Shown: positions 46,954-57,050, counted from the first letter of the stretch. The stretch: DNA of 64,000 nucleotides from Polyangiales bacterium (GCA_046351515.1 JAXLYJ010000005.1:178892-242891), one strand, 5' to 3'. Notes: a model not told the origin generated them from the letters alone. Numbers and translations: made by a program.

Positions 46954-48318
46954 ATGGATGATCGCGCGCTCGACCCTTCGCTCACGCTGCTGCTCGACGC
47001 TCTCGAACGCACGCCGGACAACCACGCGCTCCGCGTTCACGTCGCCAACATGCTCGTCGCAGCAGGCCGTCACGATGACGCGCTCAAGCACTTTCGCCAG
47101 TGCGAAGGCGACGCGAAGGTCGGCGCAGACGCGCTGCTCGGCGTCGCGAAATGCACGCTCTCGCTCGGCGATCCCGACGCCTCGCTCGCCGCGTGCGAGC
47201 GCTTGCTCGCGTCGGTACCCAACCACGGAAAGGGCCTGATCGCGAGCGCGCGCGCGCGGCACCAGCGCGGGCAGCACAAAGAGGCGCTCGCCGACTACGA
47301 CCGCGCGATTTCGCTCGATCCGCAGCTCGCTGAGCCTGCGCTCAAGGACGCGTTGATCCGCGACGCGAGCGACCCGCGCGCGCGGTTTCGCGTGGTCTCG
47401 GGCGGAGGCCCCAACCCCGAGCCCTCGCAGAGCGCGGCGATCCCTGACACCAGCGTGGCGGATCGCGTGACCTTCGCCGACGTGGGCGGGCTCGACGAGG
47501 TCAAAGAGAAGATCCGCATGCGGATCGTCTACCCCTTCTCGAACCCCGAGATGTTCAAGGCGTTCGGCAAGAAAATCGGCGGCGGCATCCTCTTCTACGG
47601 CCCTCCCGGCTGCGGAAAGACCTTTCTCGCCAAGGCCACCGCTGGCGAGTGCCGCGCGCACTTCATCAACGTCGGGCTGCACGAAGTGCTCGACATGTGG
47701 ATCGGCAACTCCGAGAAGCAGCTGCACCAGCTCTTCGAAGACGCCCGTCGCCGCGCGCCCGCCGTGCTCTTCTTCGACGAGGTCGACGCGCTCGGAATGC
47801 AGCGCGCCAAGCTCCATTCGGGCTCGATGCGCGGGGTCATCACGCAGTTTCTCGCCGAGCTCGACGGCTTCGCCTCGCGCAACGAGCGCGTGCTCGTCAT
47901 CGGCGCGACCAACACCCCGTGGGACCTCGACTCGGCCTTTCGCCGCCCGGGACGCTTCGATCAAGTGCTCTTCGTCCCGCCGCCCGATCGCCCCGCGCGA
48001 GCGCAGATCCTTCGGCTCAAGACCACAGGAAAGCCCGTCGCCGACCTCGACTTCGACGCCATCGCCGCGCACACCGAAGGCTGGAGCGGCGCCGACCTCG
48101 AGCACCTCATCGACGCCTCGGCCGAGCTCGCGCTCACGCAGTCCATCGCGCGCGGGACGATCGAGCCCATCACCGCGGCGCACGTCGAGAAGGCGCGCGC
48201 CAAGATCCGGCCCACCACCCGCGAGTGGTTCTCGACCGCGCGCAACTACGCGCAGTACGCGAACGAAGCGGGCCAGTACGACGACATCGCGGATTACATC
48301 CGCCGCAACAACTACTGA
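46954..48318 (+). CDS. TPR-domain AAA+ ATPase (classic-clade AAA, Vps4/spastin/katanin-like module)
   Basis: N-terminal TPRs. Walker A GPPGCGKT, Walker B LFFDEVD, second region of homology with arginines (GATNTPWDLDSAFRRPGRFD). Confidence 0.8.
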   Translation: MDDRALDPSLTLLLDALERTPDNHALRVHVANMLVAAGRHDDALKHFRQCEGDAKVGADALLGVAKCTLSLGDPDASLAACERLLASVPNHGKGLIASARARHQRGQHKEALADYDRAISLDPQLAEPALKDALIRDASDPRARFRVVSGGGPNPEPSQSAAIPDTSVADRVTFADVGGLDEVKEKIRMRIVYPFSNPEMFKAFGKKIGGGILFYGPPGCGKTFLAKATAGECRAHFINVGLHEVLDMWIGNSEKQLHQLFEDARRRAPAVLFFDEVDALGMQRAKLHSGSMRGVITQFLAELDGFASRNERVLVIGATNTPWDLDSAFRRPGRFDQVLFVPPPDRPARAQILRLKTTGKPVADLDFDAIAAHTEGWSGADLEHLIDASAELALTQSIARGTIEPITAAHVEKARAKIRPTTREWFSTARNYAQYANEAGQYDDIADYIRRNNY

Positions 48319-48326
48319 GCGCGCTC

Positions 48327-49448
48327 GTGACCTCGCAGGACGCACAAGCCACCGCGCGAAGGCACAAGGCTCGGGCTGAGGCCGCGCTCGAGATCGGCCG
48401 CTATCCGCTCGCGGAGAAAGACGCCCGCGCCGCGCTCGCCGCGGTCCCGAAGGACGTCGACGCGCTGCTCTTTCTCACGCGCGCCCTGCTCGGACAGGGC
48501 CGACACGAAGAGGCCGAGAGCGCCGCGCGCTCGGCGGTCGAAGCGGCGCCGTCCGACGGCTACACGCACTATCTCTTGGGATTTGTCCTGCAAGTCGCCG
48601 GTCGGCACTCGGACGCCGTCGCTCCGTTGCGCGAGGCCGTGCGCTTGCAGCCCCGCGCGCCTCGCTATCACGCGCGGCTCGCCATCGCCCTGTGCGAGTC
48701 CGGCGCGAAGGACGAAGCGCGGCTCGTCATCGAGGGCGTCGCCTCGCTCAGCGCCGAGGACGCCCTGCTCGTCGACGAGTGCGCGCGGGTGTACTCGGCG
48801 CTCGCGCAGCACGATCGCGCAGAGCAGTTCGCGCGCCGCGCGGTCGCGCTTCGACCGACGGACCCGACGACGCACTGGCGCCTCGCGTGGGTGCTCGCCA
48901 ACCAGCGCGCGTTCGCCGCGTCCGCAGACTCGGCGATGGCCGCGCTCGAGATCGATCCGAACTACTGGGCCGCGTGGGAGGAGCTCGGCTACTCGCTCTT
49001 CGAGCAGCGCGCGGACGGCGACGCCGAGGCCGCGCTCGCCGAGGCTCTGCGGTTGAAGCCAGGGCTTCGCTCGGCGGCGTTCAACCTCGCGGCGCTCTAT
49101 CGAAGGCAAGGCCGCCTCGCGCGCGCCGAGCGCGTGTGCGACGCGGCGCTCAGCGTCGACCCGCGGCACGAGCAGCTCTCGCGTGTTCGCGAGCGGGTGA
49201 GGGCGGACCTCGCGCAGCTCGACCGCCAGCGCAACGAGCGCGTGGCGGTGCTGCTCAGCATGGCGATCCTGTCTGTGATTTCCGCGGCAAACGCGCGCTC
49301 GATGTTCACGCTCGCGCTCTCGGCGATCTTCGCCTTGTGCGCCGTGGTCGTCGCGATCGTCGCGGCGATGCCGCCGCCCGCAGACGACGCTCCCGCTCCG
49401 CTTCCTTCGCTGCTGGCCAAGAGAGCTCGCCCCGAGGAGCTGGCGTGA
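48327..49448 (+). CDS. TPR-repeat protein with a C-terminal TM helix
   Basis: GTG start 8 bp after the AAA gene stop. Multiple TPRs. C-terminal hydrophobic segment LALSAIFALCAVVVAIVAAM. Confidence 0.55.
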   Translation: MTSQDAQATARRHKARAEAALEIGRYPLAEKDARAALAAVPKDVDALLFLTRALLGQGRHEEAESAARSAVEAAPSDGYTHYLLGFVLQVAGRHSDAVAPLREAVRLQPRAPRYHARLAIALCESGAKDEARLVIEGVASLSAEDALLVDECARVYSALAQHDRAEQFARRAVALRPTDPTTHWRLAWVLANQRAFAASADSAMAALEIDPNYWAAWEELGYSLFEQRADGDAEAALAEALRLKPGLRSAAFNLAALYRRQGRLARAERVCDAALSVDPRHEQLSRVRERVRADLAQLDRQRNERVAVLLSMAILSVISAANARSMFTLALSAIFALCAVVVAIVAAMPPPADDAPAPLPSLLAKRARPEELA

Positions 49449-50203
49449 GCGAGGCCTTCGAGCGACGGCTCGCGCTCGCGACAGCGCTCGGTCGAACGCG
49501 GCGCCTTCGCGAGTGCGCCATCGCGTGCGAGTCGCTGTGCTCCGAGGCCCCCGAGGACGTGCGCCCCTGGCGTCTGCTCGCGTGGACGCACTTCGAGTCG
49601 GGCTCGCTCGAGCCAGCGATCGAGGCCGCTCGACGCGCGCTCGCGATCGACGCGAACGACGCGGACTCGTTGCGCGTGCTCGGCCGATCGCTCGCTCGCT
49701 CGGGCTCGCTCGACGAAGCGATCGAGTCCCTCGCGCGCGTCGCGACGCTCGCGCGCACCCGGCCGACAGACGATGGCGAAGACGAGGCGCGGCTCGCGCG
49801 CGTGTGCGCCTCGAGCGAACGGCACCGGGACGAAGCCGCCGCACGCGTGCGCGCCGCGGTGTTCCAAGCAAACACCAGCGCGCGTGCGCTGCACCAATGG
49901 CTGCGCGCGGCGGGCACGTTGGCGCTCGACGAGCACGCAGAGCGCATCGCCCGCGCGCTGCTCGAACGGGCGCCGGACGACCCGCACTTTCGCGCGTCGG
50001 TGGCCTCGACGATGGCGCGGCTCGGTCGCTACGAAGAGGCGCGGGCGCACGCGATGGCGGCGATCGCGGTGGCGCCGAACAACGTGCTCGCGTGGACCGT
50101 TCGGTCGATGGCGTGCGCGAAGCTGGGGCTCGACGAAGAGCGACGCGAGTGCGAGCAGGCGCTGCGCTCGGCGCGGCGCGCGAAACAAGAGCCGCGTGCG
50201 TAG
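49445..50203 (+). CDS. TPR-repeat protein
   Basis: GTG start overlapping the upstream stop (GTGA). TPR-like helical repeats run throughout. Confidence 0.5.
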   Translation: MSEAFERRLALATALGRTRRLRECAIACESLCSEAPEDVRPWRLLAWTHFESGSLEPAIEAARRALAIDANDADSLRVLGRSLARSGSLDEAIESLARVATLARTRPTDDGEDEARLARVCASSERHRDEAAARVRAAVFQANTSARALHQWLRAAGTLALDEHAERIARALLERAPDDPHFRASVASTMARLGRYEEARAHAMAAIAVAPNNVLAWTVRSMACAKLGLDEERRECEQALRSARRAKQEPRA

Positions 50204-50221
50204 AACTTCCTGTGAATTTGC

Positions 50222-51184
50222 TTACAGGTTGATTTGTGGTGCGTAGAGCACGATCGTCTCGTCGTCCACGTGCTCGACCGCGTAGCCGAGCGCCCACACC
50301 TCGCACAGGGGCGTGAACGGGTTGGGCTTCTTCTCGCGCGCCGAGAGCGCCCAGCTCCAGTGGTTGACCGCGTCGCGCTCGCACGCGCGCAGCCAGTTGC
50401 CGAAGTGGATCTCGAACAGCGGCGCCGCTTGCCAGCGCGAGTATTCGCCGTAGCGCGGGCCGAACTTCGGGACGTACAGCCCGTCTTTCCACAGCACGTA
50501 GCCGTCGGGAACAGGCAGCTCGGCTCTCAATCCGAGCGCGTCGCGAAAGCGGCGAAACTCTTCCCACGTCCCGGGCTTGGCCGACTTCGCCCGCGCGTAT
50601 CCGGGGCGCTTGTCGCCGCGCGGGCCCCAGTTGTCGAGGGGGCTCACGCGCCAGATGAGCGGAGCCTCTCGCGCCGCGGTGTCGCCGTACAGTCGCTCGA
50701 AGCACGTGCGCGCGAGCGCTTCAGCCGCGGTGACTCCCTTCGGGTCGCACGCGAGCGTCGCGGCCGCCTCGATCGTCGCGGGGACGCTGGCTCGCTCGCA
50801 CTCGACGGCGTGTCCAGTGAACACTGAGCTCTCGCACAACTCACAGCGAAAGCCGTTGCTCACGATTTGTCGCGCGCCGCTTGTGGTCCACTCGACGGGG
50901 ATCAGCTCTCGCGCCGCGAGCGTCTCCCACGCTTCGTCCGCTTGCTCGAGGCCCACGAGCGCCGCGCGCACGGCGTCGAGCTGAGGCCGCTCTGGATTGA
51001 GCAGTCGTTGCGCGAACGACTCGGGGCTCAGCCCCGCGATGCGATCGGTGCGTCGAGGGTCGTCGCTCTCTCCGGACTCTCGCGCCTCGCGCTCCATCGC
51101 CACGAACGAAGGGACCAGCTCGGCGGGCTTCTTCGACCCGATGCGGCCCACTCTGGGAGCCGCTCTCTTCTTCGACGTTGCCAT
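50222..51184 (-). CDS. Hypothetical protein
   Basis: A 320-aa ORF with coherent codon usage, including a possible Cys/His cluster (CELCESS...H..C). No family was recognised. Confidence 0.45.
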   Translation of the reverse strand: MATSKKRAAPRVGRIGSKKPAELVPSFVAMEREARESGESDDPRRTDRIAGLSPESFAQRLLNPERPQLDAVRAALVGLEQADEAWETLAARELIPVEWTTSGARQIVSNGFRCELCESSVFTGHAVECERASVPATIEAAATLACDPKGVTAAEALARTCFERLYGDTAAREAPLIWRVSPLDNWGPRGDKRPGYARAKSAKPGTWEEFRRFRDALGLRAELPVPDGYVLWKDGLYVPKFGPRYGEYSRWQAAPLFEIHFGNWLRACERDAVNHWSWALSAREKKPNPFTPLCEVWALGYAVEHVDDETIVLYAPQINL

Positions 51185-51224
51185 CGCGCGCGATGCTATC
51201 GCTCGTGCGCGCGCGTCGGCACCG

Positions 51225-51860
51225 TCACGCCATCGACGCGGTCGAGAACTCGTCGATCCGCCGACCGCTGCGCACGAGGTCCGTGAGCCACCCGCCGTTG
51301 ACCAGCTCGATCACCGTGCGAACGACGGCCTCGCGGTCGAAGCCGTGCTCGCGCAGCGAGAGCTGATAGAGAAACTCCTTCACGATGCCCAACACGCACA
51401 GCGCGCGCGCCTTGGAGTCGCCGGGCCGCACCATCCCCACGCGCTCTCCCTCGACGAGGGCGCGCACGATCATCGAGGTCACGCCGTCGTAGAACGCGAG
51501 GAGCTTTCGATCGAACTCGGGGTCGAGCCCCACGGCTTCGTTGAACAAGATCCGCGCGAGCGCCGGCTCGTTCACGAACACGCGAACGACGCGATCGACG
51601 TTGTCCGTGAGCTGCTCGAGCGGCGAGAGGTCTCGACGCGCGAGGTCGATCGCATAAATCGCAGCGTTGACCGCGTCGACGCAGTTGTCGACCAGCTCGC
51701 TGAAGATCGCGCGCTTGTCGCCGAAGTACAGGTAGAACGTGCCTCGCGCGACGCGGGCGCGCGCGACGATGTCGTCGATCTTGGCGTGGTGGTAGCCCTT
51801 CTCCGCGAAGATCGCCTTGGCGACCTCGAGGATTTGGGCCCGTCGTTGCTCACGTTCCAT
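51225..51860 (-). CDS. TetR-family transcriptional regulator
   Basis: N-terminal HTH ILEVAKAIFAEKGYHHAKIDDIVARARVARGTFYLYF. Confidence 0.75.
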   Translation of the reverse strand: MEREQRRAQILEVAKAIFAEKGYHHAKIDDIVARARVARGTFYLYFGDKRAIFSELVDNCVDAVNAAIYAIDLARRDLSPLEQLTDNVDRVVRVFVNEPALARILFNEAVGLDPEFDRKLLAFYDGVTSMIVRALVEGERVGMVRPGDSKARALCVLGIVKEFLYQLSLREHGFDREAVVRTVIELVNGGWLTDLVRSGRRIDEFSTASMA

Positions 51861-51906
51861 CGGTCGGACGCTGCGCTCTCGGCGACAACGGGTAGCACAC
51901 CGCAGG

Positions 51907-52533
51907 TCAGACCGAGAAGAGCGAGCCTGCCACCTGCGCGAGCAGCGCGCTGTCCGCGCGCGCGTCGTCGGCGGGGGCGAGGTCGAGTCGAGCCCTCTCC
52001 GAGAGCGCTGAAATCACCGCGAGGATCACCCTGCCGGCCTGCGCGGGAGGCAGCTTCAACGCGAGCCCCGCCGCTTCACCGAGCGACTGCGCCTGCGCTC
52101 CGAGCGCCGCTTCGACCCGCGTCAACGCAGGCGAGAGCCGCTCGCGCATCGCGTGGTCCCTCGCCGCGCGACGAACGAGCTCGGGCCAGCACGCCTGCTC
52201 GACGCCGTCGCTCGCCCGCGCCGCCAGCAGCGCGTTGAGCGCGGCGCGAACGCGGTTCATCCCGACGCCAGCGCTCTGCTCGAACGCCACCGCGACGTCC
52301 TTCTCGAGCGCGCGGCACGCACGGTCCACCACCACCGGCCACAGCTCTTCTTTCGCGGGAAAATGCACGGCCACCGCGCCGCGCGACATCCCGCTCTCTC
52401 TCGCGATCACGTCGATCGTCGCCCCTTCGAACCCGCGCGTCGCCACGGCGCTCATCGCCGCCCGCTCGACCTTGTCCCGCGTCGTCTCTCGTCGCTCTGC
52501 CTGCGTCCTGCGGGCCCGTCGCTCGATCGTCAT
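51907..52533 (-). CDS. TetR-family transcriptional regulator
   Basis: Start at MTIERRARRTQ. HTH VERAAMSAVATRGFEGATIDVIARESGMSRGAVAVHF. It is divergent from the GH1 gene. Confidence 0.65.
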   Translation of the reverse strand: MTIERRARRTQAERRETTRDKVERAAMSAVATRGFEGATIDVIARESGMSRGAVAVHFPAKEELWPVVVDRACRALEKDVAVAFEQSAGVGMNRVRAALNALLAARASDGVEQACWPELVRRAARDHAMRERLSPALTRVEAALGAQAQSLGEAAGLALKLPPAQAGRVILAVISALSERARLDLAPADDARADSALLAQVAGSLFSV

Positions 52534-52621
52534 TCGAAGTGCGACCGTGATGATACTCGCTCTGCGCTCGGTTCCGCGGTGAACTCCGAGGGCGCTGCGA
52601 GTACAACGAACGCCGCCGACG

Positions 52622-54256
52622 ATGAGCGAGGACCACACTTCGAGCCCCCCGCGCGCGCACCGCCCGATCGAGCTCGACGACGCGGCGCTCGCTGAGCTCG
52701 CGCAGAGCGATCTCTCTCTGCTCTCGTCGGTGCAGGTCGGCGTGGCGACCTCGTCGTTTCAGACCGAGGGATCGCTGGATTTGCCTGGTTTTGCGCAGAC
52801 GAACTGGGCGGAGTGGCAGCGGTCCGGCAAGGTCGAGCGCATCGGCGCTGCGTGCGCGCTCTGGGCTCGGTTCGATCGCGTCGTCGAGCGGCTTCAATCC
52901 CTGCGCGCTTCGGTGTTTCGCCTCTCGTTCGAGTGGGCGCGGCTGTGCCCCGACGGTCCCTCGATCGACGCGCGCGCGGCGCGAGGCTACGCGCAGCGGC
53001 TCGCCTCGCTGCGTCGCGCGCAGATCGAGCCCATCGTCACGCTGCAGCACTTCACGCACCCCGCGTGGCTCGGGCCCGACCTGTGGCTCGATCGACGCTC
53101 GCCCGAGCTGTTCGCCGCGTACGCGCGCGAGGCCATCGACGCCGTGCAGTCCGCGTTGATCTCGCTCGGCGAGCGTCCGATCACGCGCTGGATCACCGTC
53201 AACGAGTGCAACATGCTCGCGCTCGCGACCTATGGAGCAGGGGTGTTTCCGCATCGCGCGCTCTCGCTCGCCGAGGGCAGCCCCGCCGGCGCCGCCCGCG
53301 CGCTGCTCGCGCTCGATCACCTCGCGACGGCCCACATCCTGGCGTACGACGCGATCCACGCCCTGCACGATCGTCGCGGCTGGCCTGCGCCCGACGTGTC
53401 GCACAACCCCAACCTCGTCGACCTGTACACGCTCAGCGCGCAGTGGCTCGACGCGATGCGCACCAACGCTCGCGCGGGGCGCGCGCGCCAGGCCTTCATC
53501 GATCGGCGCCGCGCGCTCTTCGAAGGCGCCATGCTCGAGTCGCGCGAGGTCCACTCGGCCCGCGCCGACGTCGCTCGCGCGATGGACCGCGCGATCGCCG
53601 CGCCGCTCTCGCTCGAGGCGTTCGAGCGGCTCTCGACGCAGCTCTCGGCGCGCGGGGCGCGGCCCGCGATCGACTCGCGCGCGTTCGACCTGTACGACCC
53701 GTGGACACGAAATCAAGCGCGCGGCGCAGAGCAGGCGCTCGACGCCGTCGCGAGAGGCGACCTCGCCCCCGCGCTCTCGCTGCTCGGATCGACGAGCTTG
53801 GCCCTGGCCGAGCCGTGGGAGTGGCAGTGCGATCCGTGGATGCTCCAGCGCGCGCTGCGAGCGATGCACGACCCAGACGACCCCGTCCCGCTCGACGTGA
53901 TGGAGAACGGAATGGCCGTCGAACGTCAGCCCTCCCGCGAGGTGTGCCCGCGCATCGACGGCGTGCGCAGGCCGGACTTCGTGCGGGGATATGCGCTCGC
54001 CTTCGCCCACGCCCGCTGTGTCCTCGCGCTCCCCGCGCGGACCTACGCGCACTGGACGCTGGTCGACAACTACGAGCTCGGGCGATGGGCTCCGCGCTTC
54101 GGGCTCTTCGCGCTCGAAGACGCGCGCGACGGACGCGCCGGAGAATGGTCGCCCACCGACGCGCAGGGCGACTCGCCTGGGGACGAGCTGCGCGCGTTTT
54201 CGCTGGCCTGCCGCAGCGCGAACGAAGCGCGCGCGTGGGTCGATCGCCCGCGCTGA
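52622..54256 (+). CDS. Divergent glycoside hydrolase family 1 (beta-glucosidase-like) protein
   Basis: GH1 N-terminal signature-like VGVATSSFQTEG. Candidate acid/base motif ITVNECN. Nucleophile motif VMENGMA. Confidence 0.6.
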   Translation: MSEDHTSSPPRAHRPIELDDAALAELAQSDLSLLSSVQVGVATSSFQTEGSLDLPGFAQTNWAEWQRSGKVERIGAACALWARFDRVVERLQSLRASVFRLSFEWARLCPDGPSIDARAARGYAQRLASLRRAQIEPIVTLQHFTHPAWLGPDLWLDRRSPELFAAYAREAIDAVQSALISLGERPITRWITVNECNMLALATYGAGVFPHRALSLAEGSPAGAARALLALDHLATAHILAYDAIHALHDRRGWPAPDVSHNPNLVDLYTLSAQWLDAMRTNARAGRARQAFIDRRRALFEGAMLESREVHSARADVARAMDRAIAAPLSLEAFERLSTQLSARGARPAIDSRAFDLYDPWTRNQARGAEQALDAVARGDLAPALSLLGSTSLALAEPWEWQCDPWMLQRALRAMHDPDDPVPLDVMENGMAVERQPSREVCPRIDGVRRPDFVRGYALAFAHARCVLALPARTYAHWTLVDNYELGRWAPRFGLFALEDARDGRAGEWSPTDAQGDSPGDELRAFSLACRSANEARAWVDRPR

Positions 54257-54268
54257 GCGAGCGGCCGA

Positions 54269-54559
54269 TCAGTGCGCGGCCTCGGCGCTGCCCGTGGCGC
54301 CGTCTTCTTTGCCGTTGCGCTTGACGATCTTGTTCTGAAAGCCCGGCTCTTCGTAGACGAAGGCGAACTCTTTCTCGTCGAAGACCGAGAACCAGTCGTC
54401 CCACGCGATCGCTTCCCAGCTCTTCTCGTCGTCGCCGAACTTGAGCTTGAGCGCGTCGGACGTTCCGCGCACCCGCGCGGGCTGCGCGTTGCGGGCTTGC
54501 GCCCAGGCTCGGATGACTTCGTGCTTCGCGGTGCGATTCCAGACGGGACCTGATGCCAT
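54269..54559 (-). CDS. Small conserved-looking hypothetical protein (96 aa)
   Basis: Clean ORF with an aromatic/acidic core (WEAIAWDDWFSVFDEKEFAFVYEEPGF). Confidence 0.45.
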   Translation of the reverse strand: MASGPVWNRTAKHEVIRAWAQARNAQPARVRGTSDALKLKFGDDEKSWEAIAWDDWFSVFDEKEFAFVYEEPGFQNKIVKRNGKEDGATGSAEAAH

Positions 54560-54603
54560 GACGCCGCGAGCCTGCCCCGAACGCGCGCGGCGCGCAACGA
54601 CGG

Positions 54604-55164
54604 TCAACGGCCTGCGTCGCTGCCCGCTGCCTGACGGGGCATGCACAGCACGCCCGCCGCGTCGAACAGCTCGCGCGCGCCGTAGAAGATCGGCGACCAG
54701 CGAATCCCTGTTCCGGGCATCGCGTTGCCGAGGCCCGCGACAACGCCCGCTTGCTCGAGCGTGCCTGCGCCTGGCTGATTGTCGAGCGCGAGCGTCCAGT
54801 GCTCGCCGGGCGCGATCGCGCGTACGACGCGGAGGTGCTCGGGTCGAAGGGGGCTCGGCAGCGAGGGAGCGATTCGCTGCGCGGTGCTCATCGCGTCCGA
54901 GTACGTCGTGCGCAGCGATGCGATCGCGACGAACTCCTGACACACCCCAGAGTTGTCCGCGAGCGGCAGCGCCTCGAACGAGTTGCTTCGCGCCGACGCC
55001 GGCGGCGTGGGTGCGCGGTTCAAGCGAGAGATCACCAGCGTTCCGCCGACGCCGACGGTGACGCCGAGCACGAACCACACGCCGCGCGCGAGCCACCCCG
55101 CCGCCGCGAGCATCTCTCTCGGCGGAGGAGGAACGTTCGACTCCGACGGCGCCTCTCGACTCAT
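54604..55164 (-). CDS. Membrane-anchored protein encoded immediately after feoB with a 4-bp overlap
   Basis: ATG at 55164 overlaps the feoB stop (ATGA). TM helix WLARGVWFVLGVTVGVGGTLVI. C-terminal periplasmic or cytoplasmic domain of unknown function. Confidence 0.5.
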   Translation of the reverse strand: MSREAPSESNVPPPPREMLAAAGWLARGVWFVLGVTVGVGGTLVISRLNRAPTPPASARSNSFEALPLADNSGVCQEFVAIASLRTTYSDAMSTAQRIAPSLPSPLRPEHLRVVRAIAPGEHWTLALDNQPGAGTLEQAGVVAGLGNAMPGTGIRWSPIFYGARELFDAAGVLCMPRQAAGSDAGR

Positions 55165-57050
55165 CGCGCAAACCAGCCGCTGACGTTGTACACGATCGCG
55201 GCCGCGACGAACGCGAGCGCGTACGTATACCCGAGCACGAACAGCGGCCACCGCCACGAGCGCGTCTCTCGCTTGAGCGCCGCGACGGTGCTCATGCACT
55301 GGCACGCGAAGATGAAGAACGTCATCAGGGCCAGGGCGGTGCGAGTGGTGTAGCGCGGCGTTCCGTCCGGGTTGCGCGCGGCGCGGAGCTGCGCGCGAAG
55401 CGGCGTGGGATCATCGTCGATGTCCTCGAGACCGTGGATCACGCCGAGCGTCCCCACCATGAGCTCGCGCGCGCCGAACGACCCGATGAGCCCGACGTTG
55501 ATGCGCCAATCGAAGCCCGCGAATTTCGTCACGGGCTCGAGCGCGCGCCCGACGCTCGCAGCGACGCTGTTGTTCACGCGCACCACCGCCGCCGGGGCGT
55601 TGGCCGACGACGGGTCGCGCTGCGCGCCAGGCATCGGGATGTTCAACAACAACCACAGCGCCGCGCTCGCCACGACGATCGTGGTCCCCACGTCGCTGAG
55701 AAAGCTGCGCACGCCGCGCGCCGTGGCCTTGCGCACAAACGCCGGTTCGGGCGCGCGATACGCAGGCATCTCGAGCACGAGCGGCAGCGGCCTTCCGCGA
55801 ACGGCGGTCCTGCGAATCACCGCGGACGCGATCGCGCCCGAGACCACGCCCAACGCAAACAGCGAGACGAAGACCAACGATTGAAAGAGCGCTCCGCGGT
55901 GCGCGAAGAACGTCGAGATCAAGAGCGAGTAGGTGGGGAGCCGCGCCGAGCAGGTCATCAACGGCAAGACCAGCAGCGTCGTCAGTCGCTCTTTGGGGTC
56001 GCGAAGGATGCGCGTCGCGCGGATCGCGGGGACCGCGCAGGCGTGCGCGGTGAGCAACGGGACGAGCGCCTTTCCGCCGAGGCCGAACACGCGCAACAGC
56101 CGGTCGATCAAGAACACCCCGCGCGCCAGATACCCGCTCGCGTCGAGCAGCTCGAGCGCGATCGTGAGCACCACGATCTGCGGTAGAAACGCGAGGACCG
56201 TGCCCGCGCCGCCGATGATTCCATCGGTGACGAAGCTCGCGAGATACCCGCCGCCGAGCTTGGGAGAGAGCTTGGCGCCGAGCCATTTCGTCGTCGCGTC
56301 CATCGCGCCCGACGCGGGTTCGGCCACGAGAAACACCGCCCCGAACAAGAGCACCATCGTCGCGATGAACAGCGCCGGACCGACCACCGGATGCAGCAGC
56401 CATCGATCGACGCGCTCGGTCAGCGCTCGGTGCGCGCGCTCTGCGTCGGCGACGGAGGGCTTGTCGCGAATGACCTTCGCTGCGAGCTCATCGGGGTCGA
56501 ACGTCGGCGCCTTGGCGAGCTCGTGCCCTGGCTCGCTCAACGTGCGTTTGGCCAGCGCGATCACAGCGTCTCTCGTCGCGGCGTCCCGCGCGCTCACGGC
56601 GATCACCGGGACGCCCACGGCCTTCGAGAGCGCTTCGACGTCGCAGGTGCGACCGTCGGCGTCGAGCACGTCGGACTGCGTGACGACGAGCGCGCAGCGC
56701 GAGGCGTGCGAGAGCAGCTCGCGCGTCAGTCGAAGCGAGAGGGCGAGCTGCGTGGCGTCGAGCACTTGCAGCACGGCGAACGGTCGTCCCGAGCGCTCTT
56801 CGCCGTCGATGAAGCTCCGCGCGACGCCCTCGTCGGTGTCCGCGTCGAGCGCCGCGTCGAACGAGTACAGCCCCGGAAGATCCACGAGCCTGAGCGAGTC
56901 GCCGCCGTCGAGCTCGACGATCGCCTCGAGGACATCCACCGTGATCCCAGGAAAATTGCCGACGCGCGCGCTTCCGCCGGTCACCCGATTGTAGAGCGAG
57001 CTCTTGCCGGCGTTGGGCCGACCCACGAGCGCGACGGTGGCCTTGCTCAC
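55161..57050 (-). CDS. feoB: Ferrous iron transport protein B
   Basis: N-terminal G domain (GRPNAGKSSLYN...DLPG), a GDI-like region, and the large polytopic permease (gate motifs). The GTG start at 57050 overlaps the feoA stop. Confidence 0.8.
   Translation of the reverse strand: MSKATVALVGRPNAGKSSLYNRVTGGSARVGNFPGITVDVLEAIVELDGGDSLRLVDLPGLYSFDAALDADTDEGVARSFIDGEERSGRPFAVLQVLDATQLALSLRLTRELLSHASRCALVVTQSDVLDADGRTCDVEALSKAVGVPVIAVSARDAATRDAVIALAKRTLSEPGHELAKAPTFDPDELAAKVIRDKPSVADAERAHRALTERVDRWLLHPVVGPALFIATMVLLFGAVFLVAEPASGAMDATTKWLGAKLSPKLGGGYLASFVTDGIIGGAGTVLAFLPQIVVLTIALELLDASGYLARGVFLIDRLLRVFGLGGKALVPLLTAHACAVPAIRATRILRDPKERLTTLLVLPLMTCSARLPTYSLLISTFFAHRGALFQSLVFVSLFALGVVSGAIASAVIRRTAVRGRPLPLVLEMPAYRAPEPAFVRKATARGVRSFLSDVGTTIVVASAALWLLLNIPMPGAQRDPSSANAPAAVVRVNNSVAASVGRALEPVTKFAGFDWRINVGLIGSFGARELMVGTLGVIHGLEDIDDDPTPLRAQLRAARNPDGTPRYTTRTALALMTFFIFACQCMSTVAALKRETRSWRWPLFVLGYTYALAFVAAAIVYNVSGWFAR

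Noticed and set aside
42748-48345. 1865-aa ORF on the minus strand
   Set aside because: Only the 3' third (42748-44301) is a real gene, the amidase. The rest runs antisense through era, der and the TPR-AAA gene, which have unmistakable motifs on the plus strand. This is a typical long open antisense frame in high-GC DNA.
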